64,000 bases of DNA, taken from positions 1 through 64,000 of the forward strand of contig JBBPEB010000028.1 in assembly GCA_039096225.1 (NCBI GenBank), read 5' to 3'. How positions within the stretch are numbered: the first letter of the stretch is position 1; each line of letters begins with the position of its first letter. The DNA comes from Blastocystis sp. Blastoise. Its lineage: Eukaryota > Protista > Bigyra: Opalinata. A model generated the notes under the pieces. That model had not been told where the DNA came from. It was given only the letters and a program-made list of their open reading frames with translations, and ran no database searches. Made by a program: the position numbers and the translations under genes. Shown piece after piece: positions 1 through 14,160 of this stretch.

Positions 1-159
1 TGAATAATGATCAATTATTGATATTATTTATGACAAACAAATAAAAGAAAACAATGGGATTACTATATAGAATGCATAAAAAGGATATATATAATAGACA
101 AAGAATATAAGAAAAAAATAAATATAAAAAAGTGTAATTAAGAATACAAAAATAATAAT

Positions 160-1101
160 TTATTTTCTAGATCTTCTTGAGTTACTTCGTTCATTGGATT
201 CTTCACTATTATGATTTCGTTTCTTTGAAGAAGTTTGAGAACTTAATTCAGTAGCCATTTGTTGAATAGTTTCAAGTTGTTGTGATCTTTTACGTTGTTC
301 CTCGGTTTCAAATCGTTGTTGTTTCTCATTTGATTTCATAGAATTATTATAATATTTATTTCTTTGTTCTGATTTATATTGATTTGGAACGTAATCTTTT
401 GCATTTGGATTAAGAGACCGATTATCATATCGTTGATCTTGCTCATTATGATAATTATTATTAGAATAATTATGATGATATGAATTCCTATTATTATTAT
501 TCGTGTTATTATTATCTCTTGTATCACGATTATTTGTAGAATTATCAAGACCATGACTATTATAATTTCCAGTAGTATATTTATTACTATTTTCATTATT
601 TGAATGATTTTGATTCTTTTGAGGATATCTATTATTATCATTATTATTATTATCATAACGATTAGATGGCTTATTCATGTTATTATGATCTGAGAATTGT
701 GTGGATCGTCGAGGACTTCGAATTGTTTCTTGATCTACAGAGTGATTAGTCTCTATATTTTGGGAAGATACATGAGATTGAATATTATTATGATTTTTAT
801 TATTATTCACATTAGTATTATCATTATTATTATTATTATGCACATTATTATTCACATCACTATTCACATCATTATCATTCACATTATTATTATTCACATT
901 ATTATTCTTTTCTTCATGTTTTGAATGACTTCGTTGACTTGATTGATTACTACGACGTGAATGATGAACTGATGAAGATTTTACACTAGAATAATCTTTA
1001 GTATCATTATGATGAGAATCACGAGAATTACTATGTCTTGAAGAACGAGTTTCTTTTGTAGATATTTCTTTTGTTATAGGTGTTCCACTAGCAGAAATAT
1101 C

Positions 1102-1133
<32 letters not shown>

Positions 1134-1992
1134 AATAATATATAAAATCTTTAATATTAATAAAAATATGACAATTATAAGATAATTTTAAAAAGAAAAA
1201 GAACATATGTAAAAAATAATAAGTGAAATAATATACTATGTGCATTCTTTGTTGATTCTCGACCATCTGACTGTCTTTTATTCTTATAGGATTGTGAATT
1301 TGCATCTATTCGCTTATTATTATCTTTAGTATCTTGAGATATAGATGCAGATGATTCTGAAAAGCCATATGAATTGTCTACAGTAACAGAGGAAGTAGGA
1401 ATTTCTGACTGATTGATAGAATCCTTCATTTGCAGTTCTTCATCTTTACGTTTGCGTTCTTCTTCACGTTCTTTTCGTCGCTGATCTCTTAATCTACGTT
1501 GCTCTTCTTCTTCTTTCTTACGTTCTTCTTCTTTTTCTTTCAATTTCTTTTCATTTTCTTTCTTTTTCTTCTCTTCTTCTTCTTTTCTTTGTTTCTCTAG
1601 TATTTCTATATCATGAGGACGATATATACATTGAGTGAATGTCTCTATATCATAATAATATTGATATTCTTTGACTTTCGAATACTCATATGCCTTTGCT
1701 GGAACAGATAAACGAATATTTCTCCAGCAATAAATCTATATAGTATTATCTTATTATTATTCTTATTCATATAATATATATATATATACTTTATCTTTTC
1801 TAGGATGATATTCTTGTTCCATTCCATTAGCAGGATCAAAGTAATACATCATATATTCTATATGCTCTTCAGGTGTAGGTTTATGATAAGAAGAAGGAGT
1901 TTTATATTCAGAAAGATCTTCATTACTCTCTTCTGAAAGACGTTTCAACTATATATATATATATATATATAAAGAATAATATTATAAATATA

Positions 1993-2070
<78 letters not shown>

Positions 2071-2628
2071 AATAATATTTTAAATATAAAAAAATATATA
2101 TATATATATATATAAAGAATAATATTATGATGAATAATATTATGAATATAAAATATATATATATATATATAAAGAATAATAGTATAATGAATAATATTTT
2201 AAATATAAAAAAAAAATATATATATATATATACATAATTTAAAGCATTAGAATTTGATTTTAAGAATGATAATTGAGGTAAGTTATTATTTTTCATCATA
2301 TTCTTATACTTTTCAACAGGAAATTGAGAATAATTCTGAATGGCTTTATTTTGTATTACATTAGAAGAATTACTTTCAAGTATCATTTCTGATTGATTAT
2401 TCAATTGTTTAATTGAATTTAAAGGCATATAAGTAGATGGTTGCTTATATGTATCTATAGGAAGAATAGCAGGCTTATTATGACTTTTCCAAGATACCCA
2501 GTTATGCTCACGATCAAGGTGTGTTAATAGGGCTTCTGCAAAGTGCTTTCCCTATATATATATATATAGAAGAGGATAAGAATTATAAATAGTGTGATAT
2601 TAATCATATATATATATATATTTCATAG

Positions 2629-2690
<62 letters not shown>

Positions 2691-4725
2691 TTATAATTAT
2701 AGAAATAGAATGAAATAATAATCAATACTTACTTCATCACCTGATTCTTTTAAAGTATCTATTACTTGCATTTTAATATCTAATAAATCAGGAAATATAT
2801 TTTGTGGAGTTAATGCATGAATAACAGCAGGATTCCCGCGAATATTTTGACTAGAAATTGAATTTCCTTTTATAGTATTATTATTTGTATTATTCATATT
2901 ATTATTCGTATTAATTACTGGTGATTTGTCATTTTTAGTATTAGGAAGAGGAGGTACAGGAATAGGAGAAGTAGTAGTATCCGTAGTAGAAGACATATAA
3001 GAAGAAGTAACTGGATCAAAATCAAGATAATCGAGCAAGATAGTTATCTATATATATATATATTATATTAATAATAATAATTATAGTAATAAATACTTGA
3101 ACAAGAATATCTCTTCTGAAGGATATATCTTGAAGTTGGTTGAGAAACAAAGAAGAAGAAGGAGAATATAATGGAACACGAGATAATTGTGCTATATATA
3201 ATATATATAAGATAATATAATAAATGATATATATAAGATAATATAATAAAGAATATATATAAGATAAGATAATAAAGAATATTATAAAAGAATATAATAA
3301 AGAATATATATATATATATACAGTCTTTATTTTCATCATTCATATTAAATTTAATTTTATTAATAGTAATTTTTTTTCTACTAATACTAGAAACAGTATT
3401 TTCTAAAGTAACAGGAAATCTAGAAAACAATTGAAGTATATCCATAATAAGTATTTTCACTTTAGTATTCCATATATCTAATCCTGAATCTTTTATCATA
3501 AGAGATGAAGGATTTGATAAATATTGCTGTAAAGACCAAAACTGAGCATAAGTATCATAATCTACTTTAAATTCTCTACATCTATAATTATAGTTATAGT
3601 TATAGTTATAGATATAGATATAAATATAGATATAGTTATAGATATATATACAAATAAAATTATAAATAAACTATTAATATAATATAAAAATAATATATAT
3701 ATATATATACAAATCATTATCAAGATTTTCAATAGCAATATCTTTTGGGTCAAGAACAATATCATGTCCGGATAAAGTTGAAAACTTTTGATTGGACCAA
3801 CCGGAAACATGAGTAATAGGAAATACAGAAGCTAAGAACCTATATATATATAGAATAGAAAAATAATTTATATTTTAATTATAATTATAAAGAATAAAAG
3901 GTTAGAATAATAAATATTGTAAAAATATAGTGAAAAAGAATAATATAGATAAATAAAGAATAGAATGAATAACTAATGAGAGAAAAAAAGAATATATATA
4001 TTTATAAACTTACGAATTTAAAGAGTACCTTAAAGATGTATTTTCAGTACGCGACGCTCTTCTTAATAACCGATTTGTAAGACGTAAAATGTAGAGGATT
4101 CCCATAGTAAAACTGGAAACATCGACAAAAAACGGCTGAAGTATTTTTGATTTTAACACATCTATAACGGACCATAGCTGCTCACAAAATTCAACGTTAC
4201 ATCCATCAAAAGCATCACTCATCAAAGTAAAAGGAAGTTGTGTAGACGTTTTCCATTCAGATCGAGCACAATCCAGAGATAGACACATTATTTTTCTAAA
4301 AGATTCTTTGATTTCATCTATACATTCATCCACGACATTTTGAATACTATTCTGATAGGCCATTCGAAAGCACAATATAATCATCTTATCATAGAAATCA
4401 TTGAATGCCTTCTCATCAATGGAATATTGATCTAAAATAGATAAAAATAATAAATTATATTATTGTAAAAACAGAAATCTATGATATTAATCATTTATTC
4501 ATATGAATATAAATAATAAACAGATAAAGAGAAAACGATATATACTTTTGATTTGATCTTTATAGAGTAAATTATCTTTAACTAATTGATCTATGGGTTG
4601 GTTAACTTCATAAGTTGTAAGGAACTGTTCAATGGATTCCTAGTTAGAAGATAAAATATTTTATATATACAAATATAATATACAAGAATATGCTCATGAA
4701 ATAATTCTTTTTGTTTGGTTTCCAT
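160..4725 (-). CDS. THOC1: THO complex subunit 1 (THOC1/Hpr1), multi-exon, with a long charged and Asn-rich C-terminal tail
   Basis: Hand-spliced exons give METKQKELFHEHIL..., LPFTLMSDAFDGCNVEFCEQLWSVI, ILRLTNRLLRRASRTENT, FLASVFPITHVSGWSN, YAQFWSLQQYLSNP, LQLQDISFRRDILVQ-like and DREHNWVSWK. These match the THOC1 motifs LLRRLS, FPLSEKSGLN, FWSLQ and RE.NW..WK. Stop at 160-162. Confidence 0.85.
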
Positions 4726-4998
4726 ATTACTGAATCGTGTAGGACTATATATGTAAACATAAAATATATATATATGAATAACGAATAATAAATACATAGC
4801 AGAAAAGTACTGAACAAATTATTACATGAATTGATTTTTACAAATTTAAAATAGAATTTCGCTTTTCAAATAGTTTTAATCATGGAAAATAGGTAATCTT
4901 TTTTTATAAAAACACCCAAAATATATTATTTCTTTTCATATCTTTCTTATTTAAGAGATTTGTATATTTGATTTCATTTGTGAAGGAATAATTAAAAA

Positions 4999-5346
4999 AT
5001 GCCTATGCTTCGTGTTTTTACTAATGCTGTTGTTGATAAGACTTTTCAACAAGATTTCTTAAAAGCTGCTTCTAAAGTCGTTGCTACTGAACTTAGAAAA
5101 CCTGAATCTTATGTAACTGTTGCTTTAATTCCAAATACTGCCATGCTTTTTGGTGCTTCTGATGCTCCTTGTGCACAAGCATATCTCTTAAGTTTAGGTG
5201 GTCTTGATGCTTCTGTAAACAGTAAGATTAGTAACAAATTAAGTAAATTATTTGAAAAGTACTTACAAGTTCCTTCAGATCGTTATTATATTCATTTCGT
5301 TGATGCAGATGGATCTTTCATTGGTTATGATGGTGAAACATTCTAA
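4999..5346 (+). CDS. MIF: Macrophage migration inhibitory factor (MIF) / tautomerase homolog, intronless
   Basis: 115 aa ORF with MPM start (catalytic Pro2), KPESYV, FGASDAPCA, SLGG, and DRYYIHFVD...IGYDGETF. Typical MIF length and motifs. Confidence 0.93.
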   Translation: MPMLRVFTNAVVDKTFQQDFLKAASKVVATELRKPESYVTVALIPNTAMLFGASDAPCAQAYLLSLGGLDASVNSKISNKLSKLFEKYLQVPSDRYYIHFVDADGSFIGYDGETF

Positions 5347-6251
5347 ATTGTTTCTAATTCTTATTATTTGTTTATTGGAAATTGTATAGAGTTTTGTTTT
5401 GATGCCAAATTTATTAGTATTCTATTCAAAATTTCTCAAGATGATTTTAATAGTTTATGATTGATTTTATGGTTTTATATATGTTAATATAGAATACATT
5501 AATAGTATATATGTCTTTAATATTTAATTTTTATTATTTATTTCATCAAATTGAGAACAGTTAATAATAAGAAGAGTATTATATGAAATGTTTATATTTA
5601 AAGAAATAATTTCAGAATGATAAATCTAATGATTATGATAAATAGATGACAATAATGTACATTTTAAATTATTTCTTATATCTATTAATCTAAATAATTT
5701 TAATATATTTTGATTATTGTCTAGTATGCCTTATTCATTATATACATAAAAATTCTTTTCTATAGAAGTAATGATACATAATTGCATTAATATATATGTT
5801 TTTATTGAAAAGAGATTATTTGCAATAATAATAGAATATAAGATAGAGTGAAGACGTTAATTCTAAATGATTATTCTTATAATTATTAATATAAATATTT
5901 TGTGAAAATTAAATTTAGATATATATACAAATAGTTTAAATTCGTTGTCTCTATGTTCAAGACTTTTATTCATATTATAATGGTTTATATCATGCATAAA
6001 ATATATATTAATTATAAAGGTATAAACAGTTTAACTTATTATTTTAAATCTATTCAAGTTAAATAAAAAATAGTTTTATTTGCTATGAATTATTAAACTG
6101 ATAAATATAAAAAGAATTAGAATTAAACCAATGATTTATTAACTAGAATAACAATATGATATGTATACTTTTACGTAAATAACGACCCAAATAAAAAAGA
6201 AATAAACAAAGTATATATATATAAATAAATGAAATAAATATGAAAGAAGAG

Positions 6252-8721
<2,470 letters not shown>

Positions 8722-8809
8722 ATTAAATAAATCGCAAAAATGTTTATAAGGTCTAAAAAAATGATAACATTTTCCACTTTTTTATATTGGTTTTTTATCA
8801 TAATTTGTG

Positions 8810-9024
8810 ATGGGTTGGGTTAGAACTGCGTCAATTCTTGCAGGTACATTTGTAGGTGCTATGGTTGGGTTTTATGTCCAAGAAAAATATGTTGTCAAGT
8901 ATCATGTATGCTTTATTTTTGTTATTCTAAGTCTCTAATGATTTAATAGAATAGTAGAGAAAAATATATAGAGACAGAAGTAGACAAGAGAATGAAAGAT
9001 TCCAATTCTAATCAATCTTCTTAA
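8810..9024 (+). CDS. Two-exon 56-aa single-pass membrane microprotein (not in the ORF track)
   Basis: Exon 1 is MGWVRTASILAGTFVGAMVGFYVQEKYVVKYH. A 44-nt GTATG..TAG intron (8906-8949) joins it in frame to NSREKYIETEVDKRMKDSNSNQSS*. It is divergent from HPPK-DHPS across 88 bp. Confidence 0.65.
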
Positions 9025-9242
9025 ATTATGTTTATTTTATTACTATTTCTATTATTATTATTATTGTTATTTGTATGATAAATAGTTGTTTTGTATGTTT
9101 AGTATTATATATATAGATTATTATATTCTAAAACGTTTACTTCTGTCATCAACAAAGTATTTCTTATAACAAAACTATTTTTTTCAACATAACTAACAAC
9201 CAAAAACATGAATCTACACATAAACATTAAAAAATAAATAAG

Positions 9243-9974
9243 TTATCTTCTTTTAAAAGCTTCTTTATTAAGATGTAAAACACCATCTCTGAATGAACCA
9301 GGTTGAAATTTAAGAACATCACCTGAAGTTTCCTTTCTCTTCTTCTCTTGATGTTTCTTAGCACGAACAATACCTTCTGTTTTATCCTAAATAATATAAT
9401 AATAAATACAATAAGTCTAATAATTATAAATATATGAAAAAATATATATATAAATTTTATAAAATAAGTATTAAATGATATAAATAGACATACCTTTCGT
9501 TTAGCTTTTCTGATATTTTTCTTTAATCCTTGTCGAATGCTCATTAATCTTTTCAAAGGCATTTTTTGTTGAGTATTCACCTTTATATAAAATATATAGT
9601 TTTTAAATAATATAGAAATATATATAGAAACAATAAAAACATACCTTAATTCCAATTTTTTCAAGTTCATACCTCGCTTTCTTTTTATAATCCAAATCAG
9701 AATTAGCTAAAGTGATCAAATAAATAATTTATATTATATTTTAAATAATAAATAGCATCAAGAACATAAATTAAATATAGAAAAACATACCAAGTTCTCT
9801 AATTTCATCATAATGGTCGCTTGTTTTCCATCCTTCAGGTTCCTTTTCTGCTTCTTTTTCCTTTCTTCTATTCTCCTTCTCTTGAAAAATAGCATTTTTG
9901 ATTTTCTTTTGTTTTAATTTGAATTTCTCAGAAGGATCTTCGAAAACAATAACCTCAGGTTGTTTTTTAGACAT
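9243..9974 (-). CDS. Small basic SSU-processome factor of the Faf1/C1orf131 (DUF4602) type, multi-exon
   Basis: PEVIVFEDP N-terminus, Lys-rich middle, QKMPLKRLMSIR, and C-terminal PGSFRDGVLHLNKK, resembling the family G.F..G.L.L motif. Confidence 0.7.
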
Positions 9975-11775
9975 TCAGATTCAAATTAACTATAAAACAA
10001 CGAGACTTTCGAGAAATATATACTTTTTAGGGTAATCGTTTTTACACCACCTTTTTAAAAAAAACGACGATTATCCGTGTTTATATTTAAATATATGGAT
10101 GAAGAGACTTTATTCCCGTTGATTTACGAGAGTTTATGGGGATTAGCTTCCAGTTCTCAAAATAGTCAAAATTTTTAAAGAAAAACACAAACCAGTTGAG
10201 TTAAAATATATGCTATACCTATTATTTATTACTATTTTAAATGTAAGAATCATACGAATGAACGTGAAATGACTGCTATAAACATTATTGTTAAGAAGTT
10301 TATGGAAATAAGTGCATTGAAAGTTTTGATTACATGATTAAAAGATTATTACCTATATTAGATGGTGTGAGTATGCTTAAAAGGTCAATTAAGAGTCATT
10401 AAAAGTATTTTTATAAATATAAACGTGTCCATTCACGAATTAATGTCATAATGTCTTTAGAAACAGAGTTATGCTGATTGAACTGATTAGAAAGATGTAT
10501 TTATAGTATTTAAACATGTTATCATTATGAAGAAGTGTTTTATAAATAAAAGACAGCAAATGAATTACATCATTCTGTAGATTATAATATACTATAATTG
10601 ATTACTATTTTTGATTTCTATGGATGATAATAAAGATGAAACAAACAATATAATATATCATAAGGATTTATTAAGAGAGATATAAGCGTTTTAGTTTATG
10701 ATTGAAATTTTTCTAAAATAATATCTATAAATAGGGATATCTATATAGAATAGTTATTTAAACATAATTAATATCGAATACATGTGTATTTATATATTAT
10801 ATAATATATGATATCATATACTGTGTAAATAGATAAGTTTTACATATTATATGATATAAATATTAATAAAATAATAATCTATAATACAATTATGATTACT
10901 ATATATTATATGCTAGATAGTATAGAATAGAAAGTTATCTATATATAATATATTTTATAATAGAATGTAGTTTTATAGTAAAATATAAAGATGATATAAT
11001 AAGAAAAAATGTTAAGATATATAAAAAGATGAATATAAATATTATATATATATATAATATTTACATAGAATAGAATAAACTGAACAATTCCATAAGAAGT
11101 TACTATCACTAAAGATTGATTAACTATATAAATAATAACAGAGAATAAACATATTCTAATCAAGATAAAGCTGCTATAAAATAAATTATAATAGAATAAA
11201 TAATATATAATATATGAAATAGAAAAAGTAATCAAATAGAATAGATGGCATAGAATAGAAAAAAAATTTAAAAAAGAGTACTATAAAACATTATAACATT
11301 ATAATAATAAAGTATAATATAAGAAATAATAATATACAGAATAAGAAGTAATTTAAGAAAATAATATAATATGTATAGAATATAATATAGATTATAAAAG
11401 ATAATAAAATAGAATATAAATGAAAATACAATTGATATTAGATAGTATTATAGGTAATATATAATATAATTAATAGACAATATATAATACTAACTATATA
11501 ATCTTAATTATAAAATATAATATACTAAATTATTTACTACATAATATAATACAATATATAATAGTGTATTACATACTTAATAAGTTAAATCAAATAATAT
11601 ATAATGTTATAACTAATAATACATAATATATACTACACCTTATAATACATATAGAATACTAACTATATGATATATAATGCTTACTATACTAACTACATAC
11701 TATATAATACATAATATTACCTAACTATATATACTATATAGTATATATAACATAAAACAATATAATAAACAAAAG

Positions 11776-11841
11776 ATTTAAGCCAGGAATTGAACCTGTA
11801 TATACATATATATATATCTCCATCCGTTATGGAGCTTAAAT
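11776..11841 (-). ncRNA. tRNA-like module without an anticodon arm (element copy 1)
   Basis: Minus strand reads ATTTAAGC-TCCAT AACGG ATGGA-G(AT)n..-CAGG TTCAATT CCTG-GCTTAAAT. This gives an 8-bp terminal stem, a D-like hairpin with GG in the loop, and a 4-bp T stem with a perfect B box GGTTCAATTCC. Confidence 0.55.
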
Positions 11842-11899
11842 AGAATGAATAAGAGTACTAATAACTGAATAGAGAGTACATGAAAAAAATAGAAATAGT

Positions 11900-14160
11900 A
11901 GTAGTAACACCATATACTGTACCAGAGCATAGATAAACAGATGGAGAAATTAATACCATAATCAAAGCTACTATATATAATAAAATAGAATGATATGAAT
12001 ATTTAAACACTTATCAAGATAAAGTATATACATATATAAAGAAATTAATATAAAGGAAATATATATCGAAACATAGTATATATAAAGAGTTACAGAGACA
12101 ATATATATATATACTGGTAATAATAAGTAAATAACGTAAAAAAAGATAATAATACTATAAGCAACATTGTTCATATATAAATAGATATAGAAACATAATA
12201 TATAGAAGAATATAGGTATATATTCATATAAAACAGATATATATATAATCATACAAATAAGCAGATACGTAAAAAGAAAAGTAATATAAATAAAAAGATA
12301 AATATAACTAACACAAAACGATATAAATAGGAAACAAGATATAATACAAATATGAAGACAATAAATATAATATACATAAACCAAAACATGACCCATATGA
12401 CAAAGAGTAATCCAAGCCAATCAATAAGATTGAAGAGAGACACAAAGAGACAAAATCATGTAAGAAGAGAAAGACAGAACTATAAAATAGAAATAGTAAT
12501 ATATATATAAATTAGCAAGAGGAAAACATATCTAAAGATAATAGAATAATAATAATAGAGAGTAAATAAAACGAATAGAAAGATTTTTAAAAAATGAAAA
12601 AATAGAATAATAGAGATATTAATAGTAATATATATATATATATACAGAACAATAATTAACCAATTTAAAGAGAATAGATAGGAACACATCAAACAAACAG
12701 ATTCAAATAATAGAAAACAGCCTATATAATCAATCTATAGAAAAAGGCCACAGAAAACCACAAGAAAGGAATACCATGCTGGAAGAATCATAAGAAATAC
12801 TAGATTAATAGAATAATATAAGCAATAATAGATAAAAAGATATAGATATAACAATATATATATACCTAAAACAGCATGAGCAATAAATCGGAAGGAAAAT
12901 ACCACCAAGAGTATATATAGAGGAAGCAAGGAAGCACTATAATAGAATATATACATAGAAACATAGTATAAAACAAATAATAGAGATATTAGTAAGCTAA
13001 ATATTAATAACAGTAAATATACATATATATACGAATAGAAACATAACAAATAATAGACCATTAAAGAGCCAAGAGAACGAAAACAACAATAAGAAAGGCA
13101 ATAAACCTATAAATATATATAAGCTAAAAACAATATATATTATATAGATTAATTAATATAAATGATATAAGGTAGTATAATATATAATAGAAATATGTAA
13201 ATATAAACAAATATACACATATAATAATAAAATTAATATATATATAAAGAAATAAATACATAATAGAATCAAAACAAGACATATAGAATAGATGAAGACA
13301 AATATAATAATGAAAATAAAAGTAAATATAATATATATATACATACCTAAAACACGCAAGAAATCAATTCAAATCCATCTGAATAGCATCAAAAGACCAT
13401 AAGCTATTCAAGGAAAACATTAGAGAACCAAAGAAGAAAAGAAGTGAGAAGAATGGAGATGATCATCGTCTTGTCTATCATCAATACTATATATAGATAA
13501 TATATATAAGGAAATAAATGATAATAAATATATTTAAATACATATATATTAATATAATAGTAAATAAAAGATAAAAAACGAATAAAAAGAAAAGAAAAAT
13601 ATACAAAAAACCATCAAGAAGAAAGAAGACATCATTTGAACACTCTAGACAAGTTATAAGATATCATACTTGTTAGAAGACCATCAATAAAAAAAGAAAA
13701 GAAAGAACGTAGTCCATGATGAGTCAATTGACCCTTAGACTATATAAAAATGTGATAAAAGCAATATATAATATATGTATATACCTTGTATCATTATTAG
13801 ACACATTAAAAACAACTGAAAAGAACAAGAAACGGAGATGACCAATCAGGACAGTAATAAGACTTTCTATATACACAAGGATAAGCAAATAGATAGTTAA
13901 TATAGAATATATACCTTTCAGAACATTTTGAACAACCACGACAGGAATTGCGATTTTGACGATTGGAACGACTAGAAGACCTAAAAATGAACCAGCTACG
14001 AGATATAGAGTAGATAAATAAATGAATAACATACGGAAATAAATTCTGAAACCAACATTTAACAGATACACAAGATAAATAAAATATGAGATTTGAAATC
14101 TGTTTTTGGTGGCAATGTGGGATTAGACCGCGTGAACAAGAATCATGTTTATTTAAAAGA
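11900..14160 (-). pseudogene. Spliced but ORF-disrupted unit inside the TIR element (decayed gene or lncRNA); boundaries approximate
   Basis: Host-type GT..AG introns, e.g. 13996-14034 and 13867-13914. The first intron is conserved in copy 2 at 26961-26995. Exons are T/C-rich, with stops in the frames I could join. Confidence 0.5.

Noticed and set aside
11776-11841. Functional tRNA or tRNA-Sec
   Set aside because: The short T stem and GGTTCAATTCC recall tRNA-Sec, but there is no UCA or any stable anticodon loop and no variable arm.
10939-13359. Hydrophobic ORFs resembling mitochondrial membrane genes (a NUMT), next to a tRNA-like sequence
   Set aside because: No recognisable nad/cox/atp motifs. 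The region has spliceosomal-type introns, and T-rich composition explains the F/I/L/Y content.
13810-13995. piggyBac-like cysteine-rich domain in the element
   Set aside because: Cys spacing is incomplete and not conserved in copy 2, there is no DDD core, and the ends lack TTAA/CCC.
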